Positions 53,834-63,745 of a DNA stretch of 64,000 bases are shown here, piece after piece. The stretch covers positions 128,066-192,065 of the forward strand of contig CAYOYB010000001.1 of the NCBI GenBank assembly GCA_964408085.1, given 5' to 3'. The position numbers and the translations under genes are program-made. The notes under the pieces were generated by a model. The model saw nothing but the letters and a program-made list of their open reading frames with translations. It ran no database searches and had not been told where the DNA came from. Within the stretch, counting starts at the first letter, position 1. Every line of letters begins with the position of its first letter. Origin of the DNA: an uncultured Muribaculaceae bacterium. GTDB lineage: Bacteria; Bacillota_I; Bacilli_A; RF39; UBA660.

Positions 53834-56200
53834 ATGATACCTAAAGTGTTCACTCCTAAAACCAATCAACAAATAATTTCTTATATGTTTAAAGATGTAG
53901 ATGAACGAACTGGTATTTTTCAAATTAATGAAGATACTTATTCTATTTGCATGGAATATACAGATGTTTCATTTGCTAAAGCAAATGATGAGGAAGCAGA
54001 AAATATTTTCTTCAAATGGCTTGAATATTTACATTCATTTCGTGAGGATGCCCACATTGAAGTAATCAATGCTGGAACTCCAATAAAGACTGAAAAATAT
54101 AAAGAAAGGTTTGTATTTCAAACTGAACATTTAGAAGATAAAAATCAACTGAAAATTGCAGATGAATTAAATAATCTTATTACAAATTCACTGGGTACTA
54201 ATGAAGAAACATTACAAACAAAAAGATTCATCGTTATATCTTTGAAAGCAAAAAGTTATATAGAAGCAAATGCTTTGTTTTTAAATATATTTTTAAAGAC
54301 AGAACAAAAGTTTAAAGAACTAAAATCGAAAGTGGATCTAGTTAGTATTAAAGAAAGACTTAAATTTATATATAATTTTTTTAATGTAGAATCTACTGAG
54401 GATAAAAATATAGATAGTATTTGTGAGTATGCAAAAGCAAATAATTTAACTATATTTGATGTCATTGCTCCTAAAAAAATCTTAATGCGTGAAGCAGACT
54501 TGATAGAAATAGATGATAAAAAGTTTATAAGGGTTTTATATGTTTCTAAACTCCCAAAAAGTTTGACTCCAAGATTTTACAATAGAATAACTACACTAGA
54601 TGAAGTTAATTTAATTACAACATTAAATATAACTCCAACGAATGCTGCAAAAATGATAAAACAGGTTGATAAGAGTTTATCAGCTATGGAAACAGAAAGA
54701 CTTGAAAAGATTAAAAGAGCAGGTAAAAGTAATTTAGACTATGAATGGGTAAAGGATAAAAAATTAGAAACAAAAATATCAAATGCCGAACAATTACAAT
54801 ATGATCTTCAAAAAAATAATCAAAAGATATTTCAAAATAATTTTTTAGTATGTATAACAGCTAATAGTTTTGAAGAATTAGAAGATCAAACAGTTAGAGT
54901 ACAAGAAGTTGCTTCAGAGATGTTAGTAGAATTAAAACCTCTTTTATGGCAACAACTTGAAGGATTACAAAATATTCTTCCTTTAGGGCATAATACTCTC
55001 CAATTTCAAAGGACATTGACTAGTGAAGCAACAGCTGTTAATGTTCCATTTAATAGTAAAGACTTCAATCATGAGAAGTCTTTATTTTATGGAGTAAATC
55101 TTGTAAGTAAAAATGCTATATTTTGTGATAGAAAAAAATTAATCAATGGGAACGGATGTGTTTTAGCAACTTCAGGAGCAGGTAAATCTTTTAATGTTAA
55201 AACAATTATTGAGCAAATTTTAATTCGCTACCCATTAGATGATATTTGCATAATAGAACCACAAAATGAGTATTCAAATTTACTAGAAGTTTTTGGTGGG
55301 CAAAAGATATTTATATCTACTAACTCTAATACTCATATCAATCCTTTTGATTTATCTTTAAATTATGGATGTACTGATAATGGAAAGAGTCAACCTGTAA
55401 AAAGTAAGGTAGAATATATAATTGCCTTTCTTGAGAGCATCGTTGGAGCTAATGCGTTAACTGGTGGGCAAAAAACAATTATAGATAGATGCACTAAAAT
55501 TATATTTGAGGATTATGAAAAAAGTAATTTTTCAGATGATAATTTACTACCAACTTTACCAGATTTCTATAATATGCTTTTAAAACAGCCAGAACAAGAG
55601 GCAAAAGATCTTGCACTTATTATCGAAAGATATGTCAAGGGTTCTATGGATTTGTTTTCTAAAAAAACAAATATAGATATCCAAAATAGATTAGTATCAT
55701 TTGATATTAGCCAACTATCAGAATCATTGCAAACTACTGGGTATCTAGTTGTATTAGATCATATACAGAATAGACTCGCAAGAAATAAGGAACTAGGGAA
55801 GTATACGTGGATTTTTATTGATGAGTTTCATATATTACTTGCTAATCCATACTCTGCACAATATGTCGCAAACTTCTATAAAACAGGAAGAAAATTAAAT
55901 GCTTTAAATACTGTTATATCTCAACAAATATCTCATTTGTTAAGATCTGAATCTGGTAAAGATATTTTATCAAATTCAGAGTTTGCCCTAATATTAAAAC
56001 AAAAACCACTAGACTTGCCATCTATTTGTAATATTTTCAATATAAGTGAAGAGGAATCAATGTATGTGCAAGGAGATGCTCCAACAGGACAGGGATTAGT
56101 AGTTTTTGGTTCAGATGTAATTCCTTTTACTAATAAAGTACCTACTGATTATTTAATATATAAAGTTAATAATACAGATAGTCAAGTTCAAGCGAGGTAA
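53834..56200 (+). CDS. VirB4-family type IV secretion ATPase
   Basis: Start set to ATG 53834, directly after the previous stop. Walker A LATSGAGKSF. Walker B WIFIDEFH. Confidence 0.88.
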   Translation: MIPKVFTPKTNQQIISYMFKDVDERTGIFQINEDTYSICMEYTDVSFAKANDEEAENIFFKWLEYLHSFREDAHIEVINAGTPIKTEKYKERFVFQTEHLEDKNQLKIADELNNLITNSLGTNEETLQTKRFIVISLKAKSYIEANALFLNIFLKTEQKFKELKSKVDLVSIKERLKFIYNFFNVESTEDKNIDSICEYAKANNLTIFDVIAPKKILMREADLIEIDDKKFIRVLYVSKLPKSLTPRFYNRITTLDEVNLITTLNITPTNAAKMIKQVDKSLSAMETERLEKIKRAGKSNLDYEWVKDKKLETKISNAEQLQYDLQKNNQKIFQNNFLVCITANSFEELEDQTVRVQEVASEMLVELKPLLWQQLEGLQNILPLGHNTLQFQRTLTSEATAVNVPFNSKDFNHEKSLFYGVNLVSKNAIFCDRKKLINGNGCVLATSGAGKSFNVKTIIEQILIRYPLDDICIIEPQNEYSNLLEVFGGQKIFISTNSNTHINPFDLSLNYGCTDNGKSQPVKSKVEYIIAFLESIVGANALTGGQKTIIDRCTKIIFEDYEKSNFSDDNLLPTLPDFYNMLLKQPEQEAKDLALIIERYVKGSMDLFSKKTNIDIQNRLVSFDISQLSESLQTTGYLVVLDHIQNRLARNKELGKYTWIFIDEFHILLANPYSAQYVANFYKTGRKLNALNTVISQQISHLLRSESGKDILSNSEFALILKQKPLDLPSICNIFNISEEESMYVQGDAPTGQGLVVFGSDVIPFTNKVPTDYLIYKVNNTDSQVQAR

Positions 56201-56202
56201 TT

Positions 56203-57999
56203 ATGAAAGATAATACCGAACGAGATACTAAAAAGTCAATTGATAGATTATCAACATTATCATCAGAAGCATCTAACCGTACATTTAGCTTAGTTGATAA
56301 AGCAGCAAAAAATATATCCGATTATAATGAAAATAAAGAATTAGAAAAACAAGTAAATAATGATAATTCTGATTCAGAATCAAGGTTAAAAACGAATGAG
56401 AATGTTGATAATAATCCAAACAAATCAACTGAAGATGTAAAAATTGATAGTGACTGTAATTCATCAACTAGATTAAAAACTAATATTAATGAAGATAGTA
56501 AAAATATTTCTTCAAATGCAGATGAAATAAAATCTGAAGAAAATACACTTAAAAAAAGTAAGTTAAAAACAGCAATAGAAAAAACGGGCAAGAAAGTATT
56601 CAAATTTAATGATAATCAAGGTAAAATCTCTAAAACTGTTACTGTTGTTAGTAAAGGTGGAGAAACGGTATCAAAGTTTGGGAAAACATTAGTAAAAACT
56701 TCAAGAGAATTAAATAAAGCAATGACTGAAGATGGTAGTGGTACTGATTATATAAAAGACAAAATTAATCGAAAAGTAAAGACAAAGGTATCTAAAACAG
56801 CAAGAAAAGCAACTTCCAAGGTTACTAAAAAACTCAAGCAAAAGTTTGGAAAAAAATTACTTCAATTAGCTAAAACAGTATTAGTTAAATTGATTAAAAT
56901 ACTAATGTCATTATTTGCAGCACTTGCAGAATTTATTATACCAATTGCTCTTGTGGTTATTCTTCTTGCAGCGTTAGGTTCAATATTTGGCTCTAGTTCA
57001 TCAGATAGTACACTTAATTCATATAAAAAATATATGAACTCTATCCAGGAAGAATATGATAAACAAGTAAATACTTTTTTACAAGAAAATCCAGATGGAA
57101 TAGTAATAGGTGTAAAAGGTAGTTATGGAAAAATAGATTGGAGAATACCATTATCAATAATGCAGGGAACAATGGCTGATTTAACATTAGATCAAACAGA
57201 AAAAGATTTAATTAAAAAGTTTAAAGATGCCAATCTATTAGAAAAACATGAAATAGTAGATCAGGTAGTTGAAGATACAGATGCAGATGGAAATGTAGTA
57301 GAGAAGACAGTGAAAGTTTTAGTAATTACTAACGGAATGTATGGAGATTATATGGATTGGTGCAAGAATAACTATTCTGCTATATCAGATTTTAATAAAA
57401 AGAAAAAAGTATCAGATGGTACTGATACATATTTTTCTAGCGATCAATTGGAAGTTATACAGATGCTTTATCAATCTGATACCTTTGGAGATTTACTAGG
57501 AGATGACTTTAAAACAAAAACTCCAATTTATGGTAGTACATCTACAAAAGCAGATTTAAATAGTGAAAATTATAATTCAAAAAATATACTTGCAACAAGT
57601 GGATTTAAAGGTCAATGTACCTGGTATTCACATGGTAGAGCATTAGAATTATTTAAAGTTGTACTACCTTCTGGAAACGCTCAAACATGGTTAAATTCAG
57701 CAATCACTATGGGGTATGAAACAGGAACACAGCCATCTTACAATTCTGTTGTAGTATTAGCAGGACGAAAGTTTGGACACGTAGCATTTGTCGAAGCGTA
57801 CGATGGTGAAAGTATAACTATTAGTGAAGGTAACATTGGTAATCCTTGTAGTAATGATGATACTTGTAATCAAGTAGAATATGCAAATCAACATGCTAAT
57901 GATTTAGTTAGAACTAAAACTTATAGTTCATTTGATGAGTATAGAAAAGCAAGTAAAAGCAGTGGTCTAACAATTGTAGGGTTTATATATCTAAGTTAG
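56203..57999 (+). CDS. membrane-anchored cell-wall hydrolase with C-terminal CHAP domain (VirB1 analogue)
   Basis: Lys-rich N-terminus, TM (LFAALAEFIIPIALVVILLAALG). CHAP motifs GQCTWYSHGRA and GHVAFVE. Confidence 0.85.
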   Translation: MKDNTERDTKKSIDRLSTLSSEASNRTFSLVDKAAKNISDYNENKELEKQVNNDNSDSESRLKTNENVDNNPNKSTEDVKIDSDCNSSTRLKTNINEDSKNISSNADEIKSEENTLKKSKLKTAIEKTGKKVFKFNDNQGKISKTVTVVSKGGETVSKFGKTLVKTSRELNKAMTEDGSGTDYIKDKINRKVKTKVSKTARKATSKVTKKLKQKFGKKLLQLAKTVLVKLIKILMSLFAALAEFIIPIALVVILLAALGSIFGSSSSDSTLNSYKKYMNSIQEEYDKQVNTFLQENPDGIVIGVKGSYGKIDWRIPLSIMQGTMADLTLDQTEKDLIKKFKDANLLEKHEIVDQVVEDTDADGNVVEKTVKVLVITNGMYGDYMDWCKNNYSAISDFNKKKKVSDGTDTYFSSDQLEVIQMLYQSDTFGDLLGDDFKTKTPIYGSTSTKADLNSENYNSKNILATSGFKGQCTWYSHGRALELFKVVLPSGNAQTWLNSAITMGYETGTQPSYNSVVVLAGRKFGHVAFVEAYDGESITISEGNIGNPCSNDDTCNQVEYANQHANDLVRTKTYSSFDEYRKASKSSGLTIVGFIYLS

Positions 58000-58019
58000 A
58001 AAGGTAAAAAGGAGAAAAT

Positions 58020-58436
58020 ATGAATAAAAAGAAATTGATAGTTTTATTAATAGTTGTTTTTATTATTAGTAGTATTATATCAGTGTTATTTAATTATAGG
58101 GATATTAAAAGGAATATAGCTATTACTCAAGAGGAGCAAAAAGAACAACAGGAGTATGAAGAAAGATTAAAACAGGATTTGATAAGTCCTGTTTTAATTT
58201 TGAAGCAAGATAAACTTATTATGTATCAAGGAGATGAAATTAATTATAAATCATTTATCAAAAAAGCTACAGATAATTTAGAAGGTGATTTAACTGAAAA
58301 AGTTAAATATACAGAAATAGATACTTCTCAACCTGGTGAATTTTATATTGATTATGAAGTAAGCGATTCAGCTTCTAATGTAATCAAGGCAAGGTTATTA
58401 GTAATAATTCGTGAGAAACCAAATTTTAAAAATTAA
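58020..58436 (+). CDS. membrane-anchored Ig-like (DUF5011-type) domain protein
   Basis: N-terminal TM. ISPVLILKQDKLIMYQGDEINYKSFIKKATDNLEGDLTEKVKYTEIDTSQPGEFYIDYEVSDSASN. Confidence 0.55.
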   Translation: MNKKKLIVLLIVVFIISSIISVLFNYRDIKRNIAITQEEQKEQQEYEERLKQDLISPVLILKQDKLIMYQGDEINYKSFIKKATDNLEGDLTEKVKYTEIDTSQPGEFYIDYEVSDSASNVIKARLLVIIREKPNFKN

Positions 58437-58462
58437 TTTTTATATAAGAGAGGTGATGGAAT

Positions 58463-59212
58463 ATGACTGATGAACAACTATTAGTGATGTATCAAAAATA
58501 TAAGAAAAAAAGAATTGTGATTATTAGCTTAATAATAGCAATAATTATCATTTCTATATTTGTATATTTAGGTATCAGTAATACTTCATCGAAAGATAAA
58601 GTTGAAACTAATAAACCTACTAACAATGAAGTTATTAAAGATAAAACAGCACCAAAAATAAAATTGAATACTGATAGCATTGAAATCACGAAAGGGGGTG
58701 ATATAGACTATTTAAAATATATTGAAAGTGTTATAGATGATACAGATGGTGACTTAACGGATAAGATTACTTATGTTGAGATAGATACTTCATTAGTTGG
58801 AGAACAAAGTATTATATATAGTGTTTCCGATTCTTCAGGAAACATATCCCAAGAAATAATTAAAGTTAATATTTTGGAAAATAAGATATCAGTTGAAGAA
58901 TCTCCACAACAAACTTTCTCCCCTAAAAAAGAAGAACCAAAACAAGAAGAACCTAAGTCTTCTAGTGATTCAGGTTCTGTGAACAATACAGCACCATCTA
59001 ATAAAAACGAAATTCCATCTAGTAATGAAACACCTACAAATCCATCGATGGAGAAAATTGAAAAATATTTTCTGTTTTCTGATGGATATACAATGTTAAA
59101 TGTTTCAGATGCTTGTGCTACGGAATTAAAGAAAACAAATAGAACAGGTATGTGTAGTCCTATTCAGGATGAAAATGGAATCTATTTAGGTATGAAGTTA
59201 GTAGTAGAGTAA
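58463..59212 (+). CDS. membrane-anchored Ig-like (DUF5011-type) domain protein, paralogue of the previous gene
   Basis: TM. TAPKIKLNTDSIEITKGGDIDYLKYIESVIDDTDGDLTDKITYVEIDTSLVGEQSIIYSVSDSSGN. Low-complexity linker and a C-terminal Cys pair. Confidence 0.55.
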   Translation: MTDEQLLVMYQKYKKKRIVIISLIIAIIIISIFVYLGISNTSSKDKVETNKPTNNEVIKDKTAPKIKLNTDSIEITKGGDIDYLKYIESVIDDTDGDLTDKITYVEIDTSLVGEQSIIYSVSDSSGNISQEIIKVNILENKISVEESPQQTFSPKKEEPKQEEPKSSSDSGSVNNTAPSNKNEIPSSNETPTNPSMEKIEKYFLFSDGYTMLNVSDACATELKKTNRTGMCSPIQDENGIYLGMKLVVE

Positions 59213-59216
59213 TTTT

Positions 59217-59245
59217 TTTACACTATTAGTTTACTAGTGTAGACT
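59217..59245 (+). promoter_or_regulatory. promoter candidate overlapped by operator-like motif copy S6 (59229-59244)
   Basis: TTTACA (59217-59222), 17 nt spacer, TAGACT (59240-59245). gtttactagtgtagac fills the spacer and -10. Confidence 0.55.
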
Positions 59246-59271
59246 ACAAAAAAATAGAAAAGGAGAAAATT

Positions 59272-59679
59272 ATGAAAAACGATGTTGTATTATTAGCAAG
59301 TATTATTAAAAAAAGGAGAATTACACTTGGATATAGTTTAAGAAGTTTAGCAAAAGAAGTAGGAATAAGCCATACAGAACTTGCACGTATAGAAAATGGC
59401 AATAGAACTAATTTTAGTTTGGTGGTTATTGCTAGACTATGTGAGATTCTAAAACTTGATTTTATAAATTTACTAACAATTACTGGATATATACCATCAA
59501 ATAGTCAGATCAATAATTATTTTGAAAATTATGATACAGATGAAGAAGAATATGAAGATGACTATGATTATGATGATGAAGAAATAGATGATATTATAGA
59601 TTTTGATTTTACTATTGAAATCAATTTAGAAGAAAATGAAATGTATATTACATTAAAGTTAGCTAATGATTGGGAGTAA
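59272..59679 (+). CDS. XRE-family HTH protein with hyper-acidic C-terminal tail
   Basis: LRSLAKEVGISHTELARIENG HTH_3. Tail is DTDEEEYEDDYDYDDEEIDDIIDFDF. Confidence 0.7.
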   Translation: MKNDVVLLASIIKKRRITLGYSLRSLAKEVGISHTELARIENGNRTNFSLVVIARLCEILKLDFINLLTITGYIPSNSQINNYFENYDTDEEEYEDDYDYDDEEIDDIIDFDFTIEINLEENEMYITLKLANDWE

Positions 59680-59682
59680 CTT

Positions 59683-60312
59683 ATGAAAAATATTTTAACT
59701 GAAGCAGAAATCAATGCAATTAAAGAGAAATATATACCAGGTACAAAATTAAAACTTTTAGAAGATACGAAAGAAGAACCTTATCATCCAATTAAAGCAG
59801 GTGAAATTGGAACAGTCGATCATGTTGATGATATAGGAACTATTCATATAAATTGGGAAAACGGAAGACAGTTTGGTATAATACCTGAAGTCGATAGTTT
59901 TGAAATAATCTCAGTACCAGAAAAAATTAAAGTTATCTTTGTAAAAGTAGGGGAAGAACCTATTGTAAAAGAAATTTATAATACACTTAAAGCAATGCAA
60001 AAAGAAGTTGGAGGTCTTATAGAATGTCTTGGTACTTCATTTTCGGATAAAGAAGATTATGATTTTATTTTTAATGAAGAGGGTAAATTATATGGTTTAA
60101 CTGGTAACAGATATATCTATAATAAGCAAGATATTATTGCTGGTGACTTTCTAGTTTCAAAATCAAATGAAGAAGGAGAATTTGTAACATTGACTGATGA
60201 AGAATGTGAAATGCTAATTGATAAAGTAAAAGAGCAATGTCCTTCAGCTCCTCCAACGAAAGAATATGACCTAAGCATAAATGTTTATATGGAAGAGGAG
60301 ATGGATAGATAA
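59683..60312 (+). CDS. DUF4314 plus DUF3846 two-domain protein (common conjugative-element protein of unknown function)
   Basis: PGTKLKLLEDTKEEPYHPIKAGEIGTVDHVDDIGTIHINWENGRQFGIIPEVDSFEII (DUF4314-like) and IKVIFVKVGEEPIVKEI...MQKEVGGLIE...NEEGKLYGL...IIAGDFLV (DUF3846-like), both from memory. Confidence 0.6.
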   Translation: MKNILTEAEINAIKEKYIPGTKLKLLEDTKEEPYHPIKAGEIGTVDHVDDIGTIHINWENGRQFGIIPEVDSFEIISVPEKIKVIFVKVGEEPIVKEIYNTLKAMQKEVGGLIECLGTSFSDKEDYDFIFNEEGKLYGLTGNRYIYNKQDIIAGDFLVSKSNEEGEFVTLTDEECEMLIDKVKEQCPSAPPTKEYDLSINVYMEEEMDR

Positions 60313-60668
60313 TGGACGAAATTATAATTAGCAGTGAAAACCATATTCTTCATATATGTAATCAAGGATCTACTGTAGATTATACTATTTACAATAATAA
60401 AGGGCATAGTCTGGATGGTGGAATCCTTGAAAGTAGCAAAGATGAATTTGAAAATGATAAAGCAATTAATGAAATAGTTATGATAATCAGAGAGCGATTT
60501 AAATTTTCAGAACCTTTTATTCATTTATCTGGTGATAAAGCAACTAGTTTATTAGAACTTATTGAAATGGAAGATTATAAAAATACCCAAGCAAAAGTTA
60601 AAACGTATGTATCTTCTACTAAAGATACCTCTGATGTCATTGATAATGAAATGGAAATAACAAAATAG
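60312..60668 (+). CDS. hypothetical protein
   Basis: Start overlaps the previous stop (TAATG). No motif recognised. Confidence 0.5.
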   Translation: MDEIIISSENHILHICNQGSTVDYTIYNNKGHSLDGGILESSKDEFENDKAINEIVMIIRERFKFSEPFIHLSGDKATSLLELIEMEDYKNTQAKVKTYVSSTKDTSDVIDNEMEITK

Positions 60669-60669
60669 A

Positions 60670-61707
60670 ATGGCATCTATTCAAGTTTCATTGTTGGATT
60701 ATTTTAGCGATTGTGAATCATTTACTTTAAAGGAAGCTGAAAATGTAATTGAAGATGTAATGGAGTTAGATGTAAAAAAACCTTCTATTCGTGCTCGTAT
60801 TTATGAAGGTATTGATAAAGGATTGTTTACTAGAGTTGATAAGGGTGTATATAAGATTTCTAAAGATGGATGTGATTGTTTATTAATAAACGGAGATGGT
60901 AGAGATTTATCTATGATTAAAGATAACTCCATTGATGCAATTATAACCGACCATCCTTATGATTTATTAACTAATAAAGGTGGAAATCGTAATTTTGCTG
61001 ATTCATATTCCTGTTTTCAGTATAGTGAAAAAGATTTTCAAGAAAAGTTTCGAGTTTTAAAACCTGGAGCTTTTTTAGTTGAATTCTTACCTGAGGAATC
61101 TGGAGGTAATTGGGAATATCTCACTAAAGTAAAAAATATGGCGAAGGAATCAGGTTTTTTATATTATGCAAAAGTTAGTTGGATTAAAGGTAATCAAGTT
61201 AATAATACTGGAAGAAAATCAAGTAATAGTGAAGATATTTTATTTCTTTCTAAAGGAAAAGCAAGAGAGCTTAGATTAGATACTAAAAAAAATATAAAGG
61301 AACTAAATGAAGCTGGAATTAATCCAAAGGGATTATCTTCAGAAGAAATAAAAAATATTCTTACAAAAAATGATTTACCAGTACACTATATGAGTGGAAC
61401 AAATGGGATGCTACCAACTTCTTTTGTATATGAACCACCTAGTAAACAAGAAAGAATCCACCAGGCACAAAAGCCAAAAGAATTATATAAAGCGATTGAA
61501 AAATATATTACAAATGAATTTGAAAATATTTTAGATCAATTTGCTGGTTCTTGTGCATTAGGTGAAGCATCACTTGAGATAAATAGAAATTCTATATTAT
61601 TTGAAATTGATTCTGATATGGTAAATATTGTTAGAGATGAATTCAAAAATAGAAATTTAAAATTTGAAGTGATTAAAGATGTAGAAGATTTTGATTTAGA
61701 AAAATAG
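60670..61707 (+). CDS. orphan beta-class DNA methyltransferase (N6-adenine or N4-cytosine)
   Basis: Motif IV variant AIITDHPYD precedes motif I LDQFAGSCALGEAS (IV before I is the beta-class order). No restriction gene adjacent. Confidence 0.75.
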   Translation: MASIQVSLLDYFSDCESFTLKEAENVIEDVMELDVKKPSIRARIYEGIDKGLFTRVDKGVYKISKDGCDCLLINGDGRDLSMIKDNSIDAIITDHPYDLLTNKGGNRNFADSYSCFQYSEKDFQEKFRVLKPGAFLVEFLPEESGGNWEYLTKVKNMAKESGFLYYAKVSWIKGNQVNNTGRKSSNSEDILFLSKGKARELRLDTKKNIKELNEAGINPKGLSSEEIKNILTKNDLPVHYMSGTNGMLPTSFVYEPPSKQERIHQAQKPKELYKAIEKYITNEFENILDQFAGSCALGEASLEINRNSILFEIDSDMVNIVRDEFKNRNLKFEVIKDVEDFDLEK

Positions 61708-61722
61708 AAAAGGAGATAATAT

Positions 61723-62313
61723 ATGAGAAAATTTTATGATAATTTTATTCAATCAAAACCTAAAGAAATGGCAAAAATAATAGAGGATATGACATTTAAG
61801 TTCATTGATCCTAAAACACAACAACCAACAAGAGTTCCAGCAGCACATTATGAAAAAGAACTAGGGCAAGAAATAGAAAGAACAGTATCTCAAGCTGTTA
61901 GTTTGAAATTTCTTTCAATAATGTATGACCAATTAAATTTATTTAAAAAAGAAAATGAGGATTTATTTTATAAAGCTCTCATTTGTTTAGATAATGGTTT
62001 AAATCCAAAAGATTTAAGAATTTCAGAACAAATTGCGTTGAATCACACGTATGAGTTTCTTCAAAATAAACAAATAGAAGAGAAAAGAAATTTTCATTTA
62101 TTTAATCCTGAAATTACTGAAGAATATAAAAAAGGTTTAACAGATCCTAATATTCAAGCACAAGCAATGGAAATATCAAACTTTTTGGAGAACCAAGAAT
62201 CAAGAGAATTAAATCGTGTAAAAGATAATACAGAGCAACAGTTTAAGTCTAATGATGATAATTCTTTTGAACAATATTATGATGATCAAGAAGATATGGA
62301 AAAGGATTATTAG
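61723..62313 (+). CDS. hypothetical protein, acidic C-terminus
   Basis: AAAGGAGA RBS. No motif recognised. Confidence 0.5.
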   Translation: MRKFYDNFIQSKPKEMAKIIEDMTFKFIDPKTQQPTRVPAAHYEKELGQEIERTVSQAVSLKFLSIMYDQLNLFKKENEDLFYKALICLDNGLNPKDLRISEQIALNHTYEFLQNKQIEEKRNFHLFNPEITEEYKKGLTDPNIQAQAMEISNFLENQESRELNRVKDNTEQQFKSNDDNSFEQYYDDQEDMEKDY

Positions 62314-62325
62314 GAGCTATTTATT

Positions 62326-63351
62326 ATGGAAAAAATTGAAAAATTTTTATTAGATGAAAATTTAAATGATCAGTTATTTGATAAGAGTTATACAGGTAAA
62401 CTAAAAATTCACAAAGAAAAATATGATAATAGATTTATTGTAATATATATTAAACATTATAGAGGAGATTTAGAACAACAAGATTATAATGTTGGAGGTT
62501 ATCTTGATATAAAAGAAAAATGTCTTTATGACTGTGATTATTGGTTAAGGGACGTAATACCTAAAGAGGGCTCAATAAATTTGAGTTCCTTTTCTAATTT
62601 AGGTAGTAAGTTATATGATGATATAAAAAATTATATTTTCAATTATTCATTCAAACAGTCAGATATGCTAAAAGAAATAGCAATCGAAAAATTTAATCAA
62701 ACTGAAGATTACAAAAAAAACAGGTATAAGACAGAAGTTAGAGAATTATTTATAGCTGAGCAAGATCCTGTCATTACATTAGAAAAAGGTTACTATGATG
62801 CAGGAGTAATGAATAAAGATGAATATCGTGGCAAAAATTTGTATATAAAATATTTAGATAATCCAAAAAAAATAGTTGAAAAAATATCAAAGGAATTAAT
62901 AGAAGAATATAAGGAACAATTAGGATTAGAGTTATTAATATATGAAGATAAGATTGATTATTTAAATCAAATAAAGAATAATGAAAATCATGAGTTTGAT
63001 TATCTTTATATAAATAAAGAAATGTACAATTCTATTAAAGATATAGATGCTAAAACTTTGAATATTACTATTCATTATGGAACAAATGATATGACTTTTA
63101 AGTATGATTATGGTACATTAAAAAGAGATTTATTGAATGATGATAGGGGTAGTAGTAGTTGGGGTGTTGCTTACGATAAGGTATCTGATTTTATAAAAGA
63201 AAATACTAATAATACAAATCATAGAGGGACTGAAGAGTTCCTTTTTTCGAATGTAACATCAATCACTTATGGTAAAAAGGAATTATACCACAAAGACTTT
63301 ACTATTTCTAATGATGAAATAGAACAAGATGATATGGAAATGGAAAGATAG
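62326..63351 (+). CDS. hypothetical protein
   Basis: AGGAG RBS. No motif recognised. Confidence 0.5.
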   Translation: MEKIEKFLLDENLNDQLFDKSYTGKLKIHKEKYDNRFIVIYIKHYRGDLEQQDYNVGGYLDIKEKCLYDCDYWLRDVIPKEGSINLSSFSNLGSKLYDDIKNYIFNYSFKQSDMLKEIAIEKFNQTEDYKKNRYKTEVRELFIAEQDPVITLEKGYYDAGVMNKDEYRGKNLYIKYLDNPKKIVEKISKELIEEYKEQLGLELLIYEDKIDYLNQIKNNENHEFDYLYINKEMYNSIKDIDAKTLNITIHYGTNDMTFKYDYGTLKRDLLNDDRGSSSWGVAYDKVSDFIKENTNNTNHRGTEEFLFSNVTSITYGKKELYHKDFTISNDEIEQDDMEMER

Positions 63352-63367
63352 AAAGGCAGATTATATT

Positions 63368-63733
63368 ATGAATAAACAAAATGCCAAAGGTGTATATTGG
63401 ACTTTGCCTCATCAAAAGAGATATTTTGCAACATCCACTATTGCGACAGATAATTTAATAGTTGCATTATCAGAAGATAATATGACAGTTAGAGATGTGT
63501 ATAATTCAATCAATTATGACAATGAAGCCAAAGAAATTTTAAAAGGATTTATTGATAGTGGATATGAAAATTTTATAATGAAAGATTTCGTTACCCCAAA
63601 TGAAAAAGGAATATATCGTAAAAAAGAAGAAAATGAAATTGTTCTAGTACCAAGATGTGATTTGAAAAAAGTTATATCAAAAGAATTAAGAAAAAAAGAA
63701 ATGGAAAGTGTTGAATTAGAATTTGAAAGATAG
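63368..63733 (+). CDS. hypothetical protein
   Basis: ORF track 63329..63733. ATG 63368 avoids overlap with the previous gene. Confidence 0.45.
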   Translation: MNKQNAKGVYWTLPHQKRYFATSTIATDNLIVALSEDNMTVRDVYNSINYDNEAKEILKGFIDSGYENFIMKDFVTPNEKGIYRKKEENEIVLVPRCDLKKVISKELRKKEMESVELEFER

Positions 63734-63745
63734 AAAGGAGATTTT

